Source of the DNA: a virus
DNA: 64,000 nt
Direction: 5' to 3' (one strand)
IMG/VR virus record: IMGVR_UViG_3300039412_000320
In this document: piece after piece, positions 47,518-55,788 of the stretch
Layout of the letters: the number at the start of each line of letters is the position of its first letter
Numbering within the stretch: the stretch's first letter is position 1
The notes under the pieces: model-generated
What the model saw: the letters and a program-made list of their open reading frames with translations, nothing else
What the model was told of the DNA's origin: nothing
Databases searched by the model: none
Program-made: the position numbers and the translations under genes

Positions 47518-48391
47518 CTCTTTGCTCCTTTATTGCGGCCTCGTACTGCTTGCGGAGAGCGGTGTCGGCCTTCTGCCGGGCCTCCTCCGCCAGAGCTTCC
47601 TCATAAAGCGCCTTCGCCTTGGCGATGTGCTCTTCGGACTGCGGCACCCCGGCTGCGTTGACGCTGAGGAACAGCCACAGGATGTCCGCCTTGCCGACCT
47701 TGGTGGAATCCAGCATCACGTACTGCACATTGGTATCCTCGAACGCATGAACGTCAGCATTGGAAAGCTGGTAGAAGGTCTTGCCCTTGTAAGGGAAACG
47801 CCCCTCGATATACTCCCGGATGGAGACGATACGCTGCTTGCCGTCCACGATTTCCAGTCGGTACTCCGGGTAGGGATATTCCACAAAGACAAACTTGCCG
47901 ATGTCGGTCCGATTGAAGATGGAGTCAATGAGCCGCTGCTTATCTTCGAGGGTCCACACGTATCCCCGCTGGTACTCCGGGTTGTCGATGTATCCCCGGC
48001 GATAGCCGGTCAGTATCATGCCATCCATGCCGGTGGTGACGTATTGGGCGTGGATGCGGGGGCGAGCAAAGTTGGTGTTCTCTTGCAGGCACTTGGGGGT
48101 AATCTGGTTCCACCAGACAATACGGGGTTTCCGACCGCAGTCAACCTCGTTCCCATAGACATGTTGAACGTCGTGGTAGGAGATGTGGTAACTCATCCCG
48201 TTATCAAAGATTTCCTCTATCCGGGCGTCCTTTAGACCACCGAGAATGACTTCCTCTCCCACCTTGTAGAGATAGGTGGGGTTCGGCGGCACAACCCAAT
48301 CCTCACCTTGGGAATGCCAGTTGCGCTTTTCCCACGCCAGCCACTCGGCGTAAGTCTCGGGTTGCTTCTCTTTAGGTTGCCGTTTCGCCAT
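47498..48391 (-). CDS. DUF262 (ParB-like / GmrSD N-terminal) domain protein
   Basis: DNPEYQRGYVWTLEDKQRLIDSIFNRTDIGKFVF matches the QR..VW...LIDSI core; start set to MAKRQPKEK with GAGGGGG upstream. Confidence 0.65.
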   Translation of the reverse strand: MAKRQPKEKQPETYAEWLAWEKRNWHSQGEDWVVPPNPTYLYKVGEEVILGGLKDARIEEIFDNGMSYHISYHDVQHVYGNEVDCGRKPRIVWWNQITPKCLQENTNFARPRIHAQYVTTGMDGMILTGYRRGYIDNPEYQRGYVWTLEDKQRLIDSIFNRTDIGKFVFVEYPYPEYRLEIVDGKQRIVSIREYIEGRFPYKGKTFYQLSNADVHAFEDTNVQYVMLDSTKVGKADILWLFLSVNAAGVPQSEEHIAKAKALYEEALAEEARQKADTALRKQYEAAIKEQRDGNQGA

Positions 48392-48902
48392 TCTTAACCC
48401 CCTCATTAAAAGAAACCAGCCTGTATTGTCCATAGCTGGTTCTCTCTAACCAACCCTTCTCTCGCAGAGCCGAAATCACATGGTCGGCAGCCTTTTCCGT
48501 TCCTTCGAGAAACTTGATGATTTCAGAACGGCTCGTCCTTTTTCGTCCCTGCTGCTCCAGTGTCAAAACCACTTTAGCTTCCTGACGTGATAACGTTCGA
48601 GGAGTATGGCAAAGTTTAATCGGTTTGTTCGCTATCAGAGTTTCTCCCATATTTTTCAAATCATCTGGCGACAACCGATACCACTCATGATGCTCATGCT
48701 TCTCTGCGAACAACTCGTGTAACCGTGTCTCTTCCCTTGGGGCATTTTCAACATAGGTACAAGCTGCCAACCTTAAAATCACGGGGGAACCAACCTGTAA
48801 GTGTTTCAAACGATTCTCAGATGGGTGATTCCGTGAAAACCCAATCTTAAAAAGACCTAACTCATCATTTCCAATGACATACACAAAACCTTTAAGCCGC
48901 AT
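48372..48902 (-). CDS. T5orf172 (GIY-YIG-related) domain protein with C-terminal winged-helix-like region
   Basis: GFVYVIGNDELGLFKIGFS...RLKHLQ pattern; start set to MRLKGF with GGAGGT upstream (track start is TTG). Confidence 0.6.
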   Translation of the reverse strand: MRLKGFVYVIGNDELGLFKIGFSRNHPSENRLKHLQVGSPVILRLAACTYVENAPREETRLHELFAEKHEHHEWYRLSPDDLKNMGETLIANKPIKLCHTPRTLSRQEAKVVLTLEQQGRKRTSRSEIIKFLEGTEKAADHVISALREKGWLERTSYGQYRLVSFNEGVKNGETAT

Positions 48903-48994
48903 ATGACCTCCATTAAATATCAATGGAAGTCTAAATCTTTCAATAGCTTAATCCCAAAATCCCCCCGATACAAAGGGTTTCGTGTAGAGGAATC

Positions 48995-49186
48995 TCACCC
49001 GGACTTGTAGACCAGATGGATACTGACCTCAATGGTCGCTCCCCGGTACTGGACAAAGAGAGAAGTAGGGTCGGGGTTCCGGCGCTGCAACTCGGCGCAA
49101 TCATCCGTATACTGCACCATCCCAATGTTGCTGTGATGGAGGATGTCTCCCACCTTAAGCTCTTCAACTTTAACGGGTTGTCTCAT
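48995..49186 (-). CDS. small hypothetical protein (63 aa)
   Basis: ORF in track; ATGA overlap with upstream small gene. Confidence 0.4.
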   Translation of the reverse strand: MRQPVKVEELKVGDILHHSNIGMVQYTDDCAELQRRNPDPTSLFVQYRGATIEVSIHLVYKSG

Positions 49187-49374
49187 TTTGCCCTCGAAAC
49201 AAAAGTTAGCCGGTCAGCGGCAATCCACAGGACTTCGTCCGTGGTCAGGTCCCCATACCAGAAAATCCTTAAACCGTCGCCGTCCGCATTCCAGCCCTTG
49301 ACCAAACCAATAGTGCCATCAGGACGGGAAACTTTGTCACCCCTGCTGAGCAACTTCATTAGTTCAATGGTCAT
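49183..49374 (-). CDS. small hypothetical protein (63 aa)
   Basis: ORF in track; immediately downstream of type-A promoter/RBS repeat. Confidence 0.45.
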   Translation of the reverse strand: MTIELMKLLSRGDKVSRPDGTIGLVKGWNADGDGLRIFWYGDLTTDEVLWIAADRLTFVSRAK

Positions 49375-49380
49375 AGTTCT

Positions 49381-49403
49381 CTCCCACTCTCAGTATACCA
49401 CGG
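49381..49403 (-). promoter_or_regulatory. type-A promoter/RBS cassette, copy 2 (CCGTGGTATACTGAGAGTGGGAG)
   Basis: Same architecture directly upstream of ATG 49374. Confidence 0.5.
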
Positions 49404-49426
49404 GAAAAGGAATTTTGAGGGATTTT

Positions 49427-49522
49427 TTACTTCTTGAGGCGGCGGAGGATTCCCCACACGGCGAGGGCGATGAAACCTCCGGGGATGATGCAGGCGGCAC
49501 ATACGATGAGGGCTTTTTTCAT
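49427..49522 (-). CDS. small hydrophobic peptide (31 aa), not in ORF track
   Basis: Manual translation MKKALIVCAACIIPGGFIALAVWGILRRLKK*; single TM helix; about 125 nt downstream of type-B motif. Confidence 0.35.
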   Translation of the reverse strand: MKKALIVCAACIIPGGFIALAVWGILRRLKK

Positions 49523-49650
49523 AAACGTAGAAGAGGGTCGGAGTCGGGGGTTTCAGTCGTTGACCGGCTGCGCCCCCGATGCTCCGCCCTCTTCACTTCG
49601 CCGGAAACCGCCGAACCTGCTTTGGTGAAGCCCTTTCGGGCCTCTGCATG

Positions 49651-49674
49651 TTAGAAGGAAGGGTCAGCATACCC
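49651..49674 (-). promoter_or_regulatory. type-B conserved upstream motif (minus-sense GGGTATG-N6-CTTCCTTCTAA), copy 1
   Basis: Immediately after stop of 839-aa gene and about 125 nt upstream of small membrane ORF 49427..49522. Confidence 0.45.
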
Positions 49675-49681
49675 GGCTAAT

Positions 49682-52201
49682 TCAAAAAGCATAACCACAA
49701 TCAGGACTGGAACAGTACTCACCTTCTTGGCAATACCGTAAAGGTGAACCACACCTTGGGCACTTATCGCTTGTACTCGGCGGCGGCAACGGGATAATTT
49801 CCGGTGCATCCAGTGCCGCCAAGAGTTCCTGTGCAGCCGCCCATTTGCTGAGCGGTGAAGGCCCATTACAGGCAACATAGGTGGTTGTCAGGGTCTCACC
49901 CCGCAGGAGCCACTCGTTTAATTCCACTGTCTTCCGAGCCGCCTCCTGCTCTTCTTCGAGCCACTTCTCAGCCAATTTGCGAAGCTGTTCCTTGGTAATC
50001 ACAAGTCTCCACTCCCGGCCAGACGCCCTTTGAACCTTTGCCTTTTTCGGGGCGTCTGCCATGAACTCGGAAGCCAGCTTTTCGGTCTCGTACTGGGTTC
50101 CGACCTTGGTGCTGAACACCGTGTCGGCGTCCTTCGGCTTGTCTACAAGCTCGCCCCGAGCCTTGGCGTGCAAGTAGAGCAGGTCGTACACGGTTGCCTT
50201 GTTGACCTTCGAGAGCGCCTTGCCGATGAGCGCAATCGTGTCTTCATTGTTACGGACATTGATGCTGGCATAGCGGTTGACCGTAATTGCCATGTCGCAC
50301 CAGATGACCTTCCGCTCCTCAAGGTCAAGGATGAGCGGGATACCTGCCTTCGCTTCCATAGTCAGGTCGGCCTTGTCTTCCACGGTGCGAGGGTCATACA
50401 CTTCCCCGGACTGAGCTTCCTCCCGGAGCATCCAACCGGCGCAGCACTCGGGAACAGTGGAGAAAAACTGTCCCGTGAAGCTGTTGACGTTCATGACGAT
50501 GTACCGGTAGCCGTTCGCCATCGCCCGCTTGATGTCAACGTCAATAAACTCGCTGGCACCATTCGGAGCCGAAGTGATGTCTCCCGAGTGACGGGCAAAG
50601 TTCTCCCAGAGGTTGTAGTAAGTGATAGCCCCGAGATTGCGCCAGTCAGACGAGTAACCCACGGCGGACAAGTCAATGTCCACCCGGTTGTTCCAACCAT
50701 CCTTGTCGGCGTTCATGTCGTGCCAGTGGATGAAGAACCGCACGGTATTCTTGTCGTTGAAGCCGAACGGAATGTGGCTTCCCCGGACAAGGGTCCGCAT
50801 GGTCTTCGAGGCGGCTCGCTGGCTGAACGGCAACAGGTAGTTCTTTAGGTCCGGGTCCAGATACACCTTGCCCAACGACGGAAGCTCACTGAACCGCTTG
50901 CGGAGAACACGACGGATGCCACGAGACACCCAACCGGACAGATACTCCGTGCGTCCGTCACCGGCCTTGCCAAATCCCGGCAGAGCGTCGATAGTCATGG
51001 CCTTTGCCACGTTTCCCTTGGGGAATACAGTACGCCGTCCCCCTTCGTCACGGTGGTCAAAGTGTGCCATCAACTGCAACAGCACGGGAGTGCCCGCCTT
51101 CGGAGCCACAGCCAAGAACTCCAAGAGAGCGTTCTTCTTGGATTCAAGGGTGCGGGCGGTGCGCATGAGATGGTCCAGACGCCGGGCAAACTCTCCCGGA
51201 CGGTCCCGGAGCAGGTCCGCTGCCTCTACGACATGACCGGCACGTACAGCCTCTTCCACCTTCGACCGGAAGGTCTGCTTGGTGTTGTTGTTGCGGACGG
51301 CCTGAATTGCCTGAAATGCCTTCTTGTACTTGTCCCAGTAGTCGCCGGGGTGGAGACGCTCGGAGAGCTTAATCCACCGGCCTTCCCACCGCATGATGTC
51401 TTCCTCAAGGTTGCCGCAGTTGTTCAACAGGGCGAGCAGCTTACGCCGCTCAGCACGCTTGAACTTGCGGAACTTGGTCGGCTCGGCGAGGGACACATCA
51501 CCCCCGGATACCACTACGGCGAGACGCAGTACGTCAGTGGCAGTCTTGAACCACGGCGACAGGTCCACGTCGGTGTCGAAGTACAGGGAGGCCAAGAAAG
51601 CAAGATTCTCCTTGTTCGGGATTTCCACGGGCGGGGCGCAGGCAAGCGCCAGGACCGGCACGAGGACCTTAAGGTCGGCCTTGTCGGTTTCGGACAGAGA
51701 GGTGTTGGCGGTAGCCAACTGCCGGGCGAGGGTGAACAAATCCTCGTCGCCGCCGAGATTGAGCACACGTAGCTGCACACGCTCGTTGAGCGGGTCCCGC
51801 TTGTCCTTGTGATAGCGGGGAAGCCAGATATAGTCCTTCTCCCCGATCACATCAGCGACCCAAACAGTGAAGTAATGGAAGATAGCGTTCAGATATAGCT
51901 CCGCCGCATCCATGTCGATGACCTGCTGAGGGAAGTTCGGATACATCGGGTTGTAGCGGTACACTCCCCGAAGCTTCTTGACGATTTCGAGGACGCCGTG
52001 GAACACTTCAAGGGCGTTACGCTCCGTGGTGTTGGAGAGCGCCGTGATGACCTTGGGGGCGAAGGTGTAACCGATGTCCTGTAAGTTGCGGTTCATCGTG
52101 GCGACGAACGCACGCCCGGCCCGGTTCTTCGTGCTGGCGGGCGGACAAATGACCAGATGCCGGTGACGGATTAGGATATCGTTCTTCTGTACGGTGTTCA
52201 T
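49682..52201 (-). CDS. large hypothetical protein (839 aa) with C-terminal zinc ribbon
   Basis: Long ORF; C-terminal CPRCGSPLRYCQEGEYCSSPDCG; no enzyme motif recognised. Confidence 0.7.
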   Translation of the reverse strand: MNTVQKNDILIRHRHLVICPPASTKNRAGRAFVATMNRNLQDIGYTFAPKVITALSNTTERNALEVFHGVLEIVKKLRGVYRYNPMYPNFPQQVIDMDAAELYLNAIFHYFTVWVADVIGEKDYIWLPRYHKDKRDPLNERVQLRVLNLGGDEDLFTLARQLATANTSLSETDKADLKVLVPVLALACAPPVEIPNKENLAFLASLYFDTDVDLSPWFKTATDVLRLAVVVSGGDVSLAEPTKFRKFKRAERRKLLALLNNCGNLEEDIMRWEGRWIKLSERLHPGDYWDKYKKAFQAIQAVRNNNTKQTFRSKVEEAVRAGHVVEAADLLRDRPGEFARRLDHLMRTARTLESKKNALLEFLAVAPKAGTPVLLQLMAHFDHRDEGGRRTVFPKGNVAKAMTIDALPGFGKAGDGRTEYLSGWVSRGIRRVLRKRFSELPSLGKVYLDPDLKNYLLPFSQRAASKTMRTLVRGSHIPFGFNDKNTVRFFIHWHDMNADKDGWNNRVDIDLSAVGYSSDWRNLGAITYYNLWENFARHSGDITSAPNGASEFIDVDIKRAMANGYRYIVMNVNSFTGQFFSTVPECCAGWMLREEAQSGEVYDPRTVEDKADLTMEAKAGIPLILDLEERKVIWCDMAITVNRYASINVRNNEDTIALIGKALSKVNKATVYDLLYLHAKARGELVDKPKDADTVFSTKVGTQYETEKLASEFMADAPKKAKVQRASGREWRLVITKEQLRKLAEKWLEEEQEAARKTVELNEWLLRGETLTTTYVACNGPSPLSKWAAAQELLAALDAPEIIPLPPPSTSDKCPRCGSPLRYCQEGEYCSSPDCGYAF

Positions 52202-52210
52202 GACTACCTC

Positions 52211-52609
52211 CTACCACAGGAAATAACTGCTCTCTGGTCGTGGACTCGCTGTAAATGGCGAAGCACTCCACAACAAACCTTCTTGGCGCTTAAGGGTCTT
52301 TATCCGCCCCATTCCCACTTCTTTTTCAAGCTGCCACTGAACTTTTCGATAACTGGAGCGAAGCCGCTCAACTTCTCCAAGGCCGGGAGCCTCCAACGCC
52401 GCCCATTGACCCAAACCACTTAATGTGTTCGTTTCCCGGATGCGGCGAATGTACATGCGCTTCGCCCTAATGTAACTTTTCAGGCGACTCAAAAACTCTG
52501 ACTCCAAAGGCAGAAGACTCGCCAAGAGGGAATTAACTAGCTTTTCCATTCCCTCTGGCGAGTCCGCCCTGAGTGCGACCTCTTGCTGAATTGAATCAAG
52601 CAAACTCAT
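52211..52609 (-). CDS. hypothetical protein (start at MSLLDSIQQ)
   Basis: ORF 52211..52678 trimmed; upstream part is Arg-rich and overlaps neighbour (track start is GTG). Confidence 0.4.
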   Translation of the reverse strand: MSLLDSIQQEVALRADSPEGMEKLVNSLLASLLPLESEFLSRLKSYIRAKRMYIRRIRETNTLSGLGQWAALEAPGLGEVERLRSSYRKVQWQLEKEVGMGRIKTLKRQEGLLWSASPFTASPRPESSYFLW

Positions 52610-52964
52610 AGAGTTTCTTGAAGTCGCTCTCCGTGAACGCCTTCTCCAAAGCCTTCTGGAGGGACTCGATTTCCTCACGGAGTTTGTTCATGGTGTCCAC
52701 CTGCTGCTTCGTGAACACGGGGTCTGTGGTGGGCGCACCCGCTGAGTTATACGTCACGGTGCCCTGTTTTTCCGCCTTCTTGAGTTCCTTGTACTTGTCT
52801 TCGACCTTGCCGAGGACACTCAGGACGGCGACCTTGCGCTTTTCGATTTCTTCGTCCACCAGCTTATTCACGACAAGGTTGCGAACCTGCGTGCCGGAAC
52901 CGGCAAGCCTTTCCACAACATCCTTGCGCAGAATGACGCTGGGTGCTGGATTACCTTCTGACAT
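52596..52964 (-). CDS. hypothetical protein (start at MSEGNPAPS)
   Basis: Track ORF begins at TTG 52976; ATG 52964 preceded by GGGGAGG; type-B motif about 80 nt upstream. Confidence 0.5.
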   Translation of the reverse strand: MSEGNPAPSVILRKDVVERLAGSGTQVRNLVVNKLVDEEIEKRKVAVLSVLGKVEDKYKELKKAEKQGTVTYNSAGAPTTDPVFTKQQVDTMNKLREEIESLQKALEKAFTESDFKKLYEFA

Positions 52965-53044
52965 GTGCCTCCCCAATCGTGCTTTAGTTTTTCTTGCAGG
53001 AACGGAGCCGGAAATCAGAAGAGCTAGTTTTTCACCATTGAAAG

Positions 53045-53068
53045 TTAGAAGGAAGCGCTCCCATACCC
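53045..53068 (-). promoter_or_regulatory. type-B conserved upstream motif, copy 2
   Basis: About 80 nt upstream of ATG 52964. Confidence 0.45.
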
Positions 53069-53104
53069 GGCTACCACTTGTATGATACTGAAAATTCCGA
53101 AAAC

Positions 53105-53410
53105 TTAGAGGTGCTTGCGCCTGTCTTTTTTCACTTCCACATTGCGCTTGCGCCTGTCTTTCTTAACCTCAACGTGGGGGGTCGTAATCACAATTGAGTG
53201 CTGCCCACGTATCGGGTCAAACCAGAAAACATCCTTGATGAGGTGCCCTTCGAGACCGGACTTGAACTTGCACACGGCGTCCTTCTTGTCCTTAGCCTCA
53301 ATGATGGTGTAGATGTCGAAGAGCCGCTTGCTGTCCTTAAAGCGTATCCCCCGGAGTTGAGCCAGATACAATCCCCGCTTTTTCAACCCGTGGGTCTTGC
53401 TGACCTTCAT
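53105..53410 (-). CDS. hypothetical protein with duplicated C-terminal VEVKKDRRK unit
   Basis: Start set to MKVSKTHGLKK (GAGGTG upstream); 3' end contains 33-nt-period tandem duplication; type-C copy of motif about 60 nt upstream. Confidence 0.45.
   Translation of the reverse strand: MKVSKTHGLKKRGLYLAQLRGIRFKDSKRLFDIYTIIEAKDKKDAVCKFKSGLEGHLIKDVFWFDPIRGQHSIVITTPHVEVKKDRRKRNVEVKKDRRKHL
53113..53173 (-). repeat. tandem direct repeat (2 units of about 28 nt, period 33 nt) inside 3' end of gene 53105..53410
   Basis: gcttgcgcctgtcttttttcacttccac / gcttgcgcctgtctttcttaacctcaac on plus strand; encodes VEVKKDRRKR/VEVKKDRRKH. Confidence 0.6.
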
Positions 53411-53470
53411 AAGCACCTCAAAACATCCCGAGGAAAGCGAAGGAGCTAGGGTTTGATTAGGCGTCAAATT

Positions 53471-53494
53471 TTAGAAGGAAGCGCCTTCATACCC
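53471..53494 (-). promoter_or_regulatory. type-B conserved upstream motif, copy 3
   Basis: About 60 nt upstream of ATG 53410. Confidence 0.45.
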
Positions 53495-53522
53495 TCGGCG
53501 ATGCAAAGAATAATACTGAGCT

Positions 53523-53960
53523 TTAGTGCTTTTCATCGGGATATAGCCGAAGTTTCTTACCGGCCAATACCTCGATTCGTTCCCGATACAAAATCTTGCC
53601 GTAGTCATCTTCAATCTGAATGGTGTGCGACCCGGCCTTGAGCCAAAACTTCCGCAAGGTGCCGGTCATTCCGGCGAATCCCCCGTCCACGATAACCCGG
53701 TTACCCACCTTGGTGGTTTTTATCTCCACCCTGCCAGCGGCGGCAACCACGATGTAGTTGTTCCCCCACGGGGGAACGCAGTTGATGCCGAAGCACTGCG
53801 CCGGGTAAGCCACAGGTCCATAGTAGAAGACGTAGTGCGGGTGACCCCACCAAGCCGAAGCCGGGACACTGACCGCAAGTACCAGTACTAACGCTGCAAT
53901 AAACTTTGAGAGCTTGTTCATGTGAACCTCCACACCATTAGATACGGGAGACCAAACCAC
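53523..53960 (-). CDS. secreted protein with PEGA-like domain
   Basis: N-terminal signal-peptide-like MNKLSKFIAALVLVLAVSVPASA; C-terminal RVIVDGGFAGMTGTLRKFWLKAGSHTIQIEDDYGKILYRERIEV fits PEGA pattern. Confidence 0.45.
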   Translation of the reverse strand: MVWSPVSNGVEVHMNKLSKFIAALVLVLAVSVPASAWWGHPHYVFYYGPVAYPAQCFGINCVPPWGNNYIVVAAAGRVEIKTTKVGNRVIVDGGFAGMTGTLRKFWLKAGSHTIQIEDDYGKILYRERIEVLAGKKLRLYPDEKH

Positions 53961-54717
53961 TGTTATCGTCGTTTCGTCGTTTCATTCTTTTCATCATTCT
54001 GCGGACCGCCGTCTCGGTGACTCCAAGCTCTATCGCCACGGCGATGTTGTTGGAAGCCTCTACTCGGCGTTTGAGTTCTTCATAGGATGGCCAAAAAGCC
54101 TTGCAATTCAACCCAACCCGGTCGTGCCCGGCACAGCTTTTGCATTTTTTAGACGGCTTGCTAACCCTCTTCCCGCAAGCAGAACAATACCGATAGATGT
54201 TCACCCCCCTATTATTCCTTCCCGTGAAAGTAGAACTCTGACTGTCGCAGTTAGGGCAAAGTAGACGCAAGTTGCCTATTCGGTTGTCGTTGTTCACACC
54301 ATTGATATGGTCAAGACGGAGCACTAATGGTCTGCCGTTCCACTCAGGGAGAAGTCCGCACTCAAAGCACTTGTTCTCAAGCAGACCGTCGTGGAGCAAC
54401 CGGCGTTTAAGTTGGCACCTGCTGTAAGGTGAATTTTCTACTAGAACGGTATCTAATGGTACAGCTTTGCGGTGCCCGCCTGAACCTTTCCTATTTCCTA
54501 GACCTCTGGGAATATGGGAAATGTCTAGACCATCTTCTTTGACCCTCCGAAGCACGGTATGGAAGTTCCCGCCGATATTCCTAAGACCGCAACGACTTAC
54601 CATCTCCCTAATGGTTCTAGATGTGCGGACAATCTCCGTAAATTCCTCAGATGGAATAAACCAGATTCGACTACGTTTTTTTCTCTTTAGACTCATACTA
54701 AAGAGATACGAAGTCAA
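53938..54717 (-). CDS. HNH homing endonuclease
   Basis: CFECG...LRLDHINGVNNDNRIGNLRLLCPNCDSQ; paralog-like to 55789..56631. Confidence 0.75.
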   Translation of the reverse strand: MTSYLFSMSLKRKKRSRIWFIPSEEFTEIVRTSRTIREMVSRCGLRNIGGNFHTVLRRVKEDGLDISHIPRGLGNRKGSGGHRKAVPLDTVLVENSPYSRCQLKRRLLHDGLLENKCFECGLLPEWNGRPLVLRLDHINGVNNDNRIGNLRLLCPNCDSQSSTFTGRNNRGVNIYRYCSACGKRVSKPSKKCKSCAGHDRVGLNCKAFWPSYEELKRRVEASNNIAVAIELGVTETAVRRMMKRMKRRNDDNSGLVSRI

Positions 54718-54748
54718 GGTACGAAAAATTATAAATTATTGAAAACTT

Positions 54749-54826
54749 TGGTTCCAGAGGGAGGACTCGAACCTCCAGTCTCAACGGGTTCAAAGCCCGG
54801 CGTGTTACCAATTACACTACTCTGGA
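54749..54826 (-). tRNA. tRNA gene; apparent anticodon UUG (Gln?), assignment tentative
   Basis: Hand-folded cloverleaf: acceptor TCCAGAG/CTCTGGA, D-arm GTGT-AATTGGTA-ACAC, anticodon loop CTTTGAA, T-arm GGAGG-TTCGAGT-CCTCC, CCA encoded; one mismatch at top of anticodon stem; 7-nt variable loop. Confidence 0.6.
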
Positions 54827-54833
54827 ATAAAGC

Positions 54834-54921
54834 TGGATGGGAAGGAGGGACTCGAACCCTCACAAGCATTTACTGTCTCCTGATTCAAAGTCAGGCGTGT
54901 TACCAATTACACCACTTCCCA
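54834..54921 (-). tRNA. tRNA-like gene with 17-nt variable arm; identical D-arm and anticodon loop to preceding tRNA (apparent UUG)
   Basis: Acceptor TGGGAAG/CTTCCCA, D-arm GTGT-AATTGGTA-ACAC, anticodon stem CCTGA/TCAGG loop CTTTGAA, variable AGACAGTAAATGCTTGT, T-arm GAGGG-TTCGAGT-CCCTC, CCA encoded. Confidence 0.55.
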
Positions 54922-54960
54922 ATCTATGTCAAACGCATCAAAAATGGTGCATTTGGAAAC

Positions 54961-55046
54961 TGGAGCCGGGTGCGGGATTTTAACCCACGTGGGATTTCTC
55001 CGCCTGCTTACAGGACAGGTGCCATCGTACACTAGGCTAACCCGGC
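54961..55046 (-). tRNA. tRNA-like gene, type II (14-nt variable arm, 3-bp D-stem); anticodon unresolved by hand
   Basis: Acceptor GCCGGGT/ACCCGGC, T-arm GTGGG-TTAAAAT-CCCGC, CCA encoded; anticodon stem CCTGT/GCAGG gives loop CCTGTAA with C at position 33, which is atypical. Confidence 0.45.
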
Positions 55047-55498
55047 TAACGACCGATACCACCACTTCTACATGCTCTACAAAATCTCTGGACTCCCGAG
55101 GGTTGCCACTTATTAAGATTGAACAATCCCTTACCCAGAAACTTTTTATGTCCATAGCACCATGCTTCTCCTTCTGGTGCTGTGTTTACATGATTAATTC
55201 TAGCTCTTTCTAGTTGTTCTCTTAACTTGGGAATATTCCTTCGTGCCGCCCTAATGTTGCATGACTTGTGAGAAAAGGCAATGTTACCTAAATCCCAAAA
55301 CAGGTCAGGCGACATATCCAGCCAAGGTTTCTTGTGTTCAATAGAGAACTGAGCGGCGTTCTCAATCTTTTTGCCACATTGAAAGCAGCTATCCAAATTA
55401 AGTTGCTTCGCCATATGGAAAAGTAGTTGCTTCAACAACCTTCCACTTGCTGTTCCAAAAGGCATCCCCAACTGATTTCTTACCTTATAGTGGTCCAT
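55046..55498 (-). CDS. HNH endonuclease
   Basis: CFQCGKKIENAAQFSIEHKKPW...GNIAFSHKSCN; stop abuts 5' end of tRNA at 55046. Confidence 0.7.
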   Translation of the reverse strand: MDHYKVRNQLGMPFGTASGRLLKQLLFHMAKQLNLDSCFQCGKKIENAAQFSIEHKKPWLDMSPDLFWDLGNIAFSHKSCNIRAARRNIPKLREQLERARINHVNTAPEGEAWCYGHKKFLGKGLFNLNKWQPSGVQRFCRACRSGGIGR

Positions 55499-55581
55499 AC
55501 TCCACCCCCAATAAAGGTGGAGATAGTTGAGAATTTGGGAATTACAGTTGTCTCCATTCTAAAAAAATACTCAATAAAACT

Positions 55582-55657
55582 TGGAGCCCAAGGTCAGAAT
55601 CGAACTGACGACCCCTCCCTTACCAAGGGAATGCTCTACCACTGAGCTACGAGGGCT
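55582..55657 (-). tRNA. tRNA gene, apparent anticodon GGU (Thr)
   Basis: D-arm GCTC-AGTGGTA-GAGC, anticodon arm TTCCC-TTGGTAA-GGGAG, T-arm GTCAG-TTCGATT-CTGAC; acceptor stem shows two mismatches in my hand fold. Confidence 0.55.
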
Positions 55658-55662
55658 AAAAA

Positions 55663-55738
55663 TGGAGCCGATGAGCGGCCCTGACCCGCTGACCTCTCGC
55701 TTACGAGGCGAGTGCTCTGCCACCTGAGCTACATCGGC
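55663..55738 (-). tRNA. tRNA gene, apparent anticodon CGU (Thr)
   Basis: Perfect acceptor GCCGATG/CATCGGC, D-arm GCTC-AGGTGGCA-GAGC, anticodon arm CTCGC-CTCGTAA-GCGAG; T-loop GTCAGGG non-canonical; CCA encoded. Confidence 0.6.
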
Positions 55739-55788
55739 ATAGGGACGCCCCGAGGGCGACCCCAACTCCTCCCACTATGGTGGGTGAG

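Noticed and set aside
54907-55155. 82-aa minus-strand ORF and plus-strand ORFs 54739..55035 and 54926..55213
   Set aside because: They overlap the tRNA-like genes and are most likely spurious.
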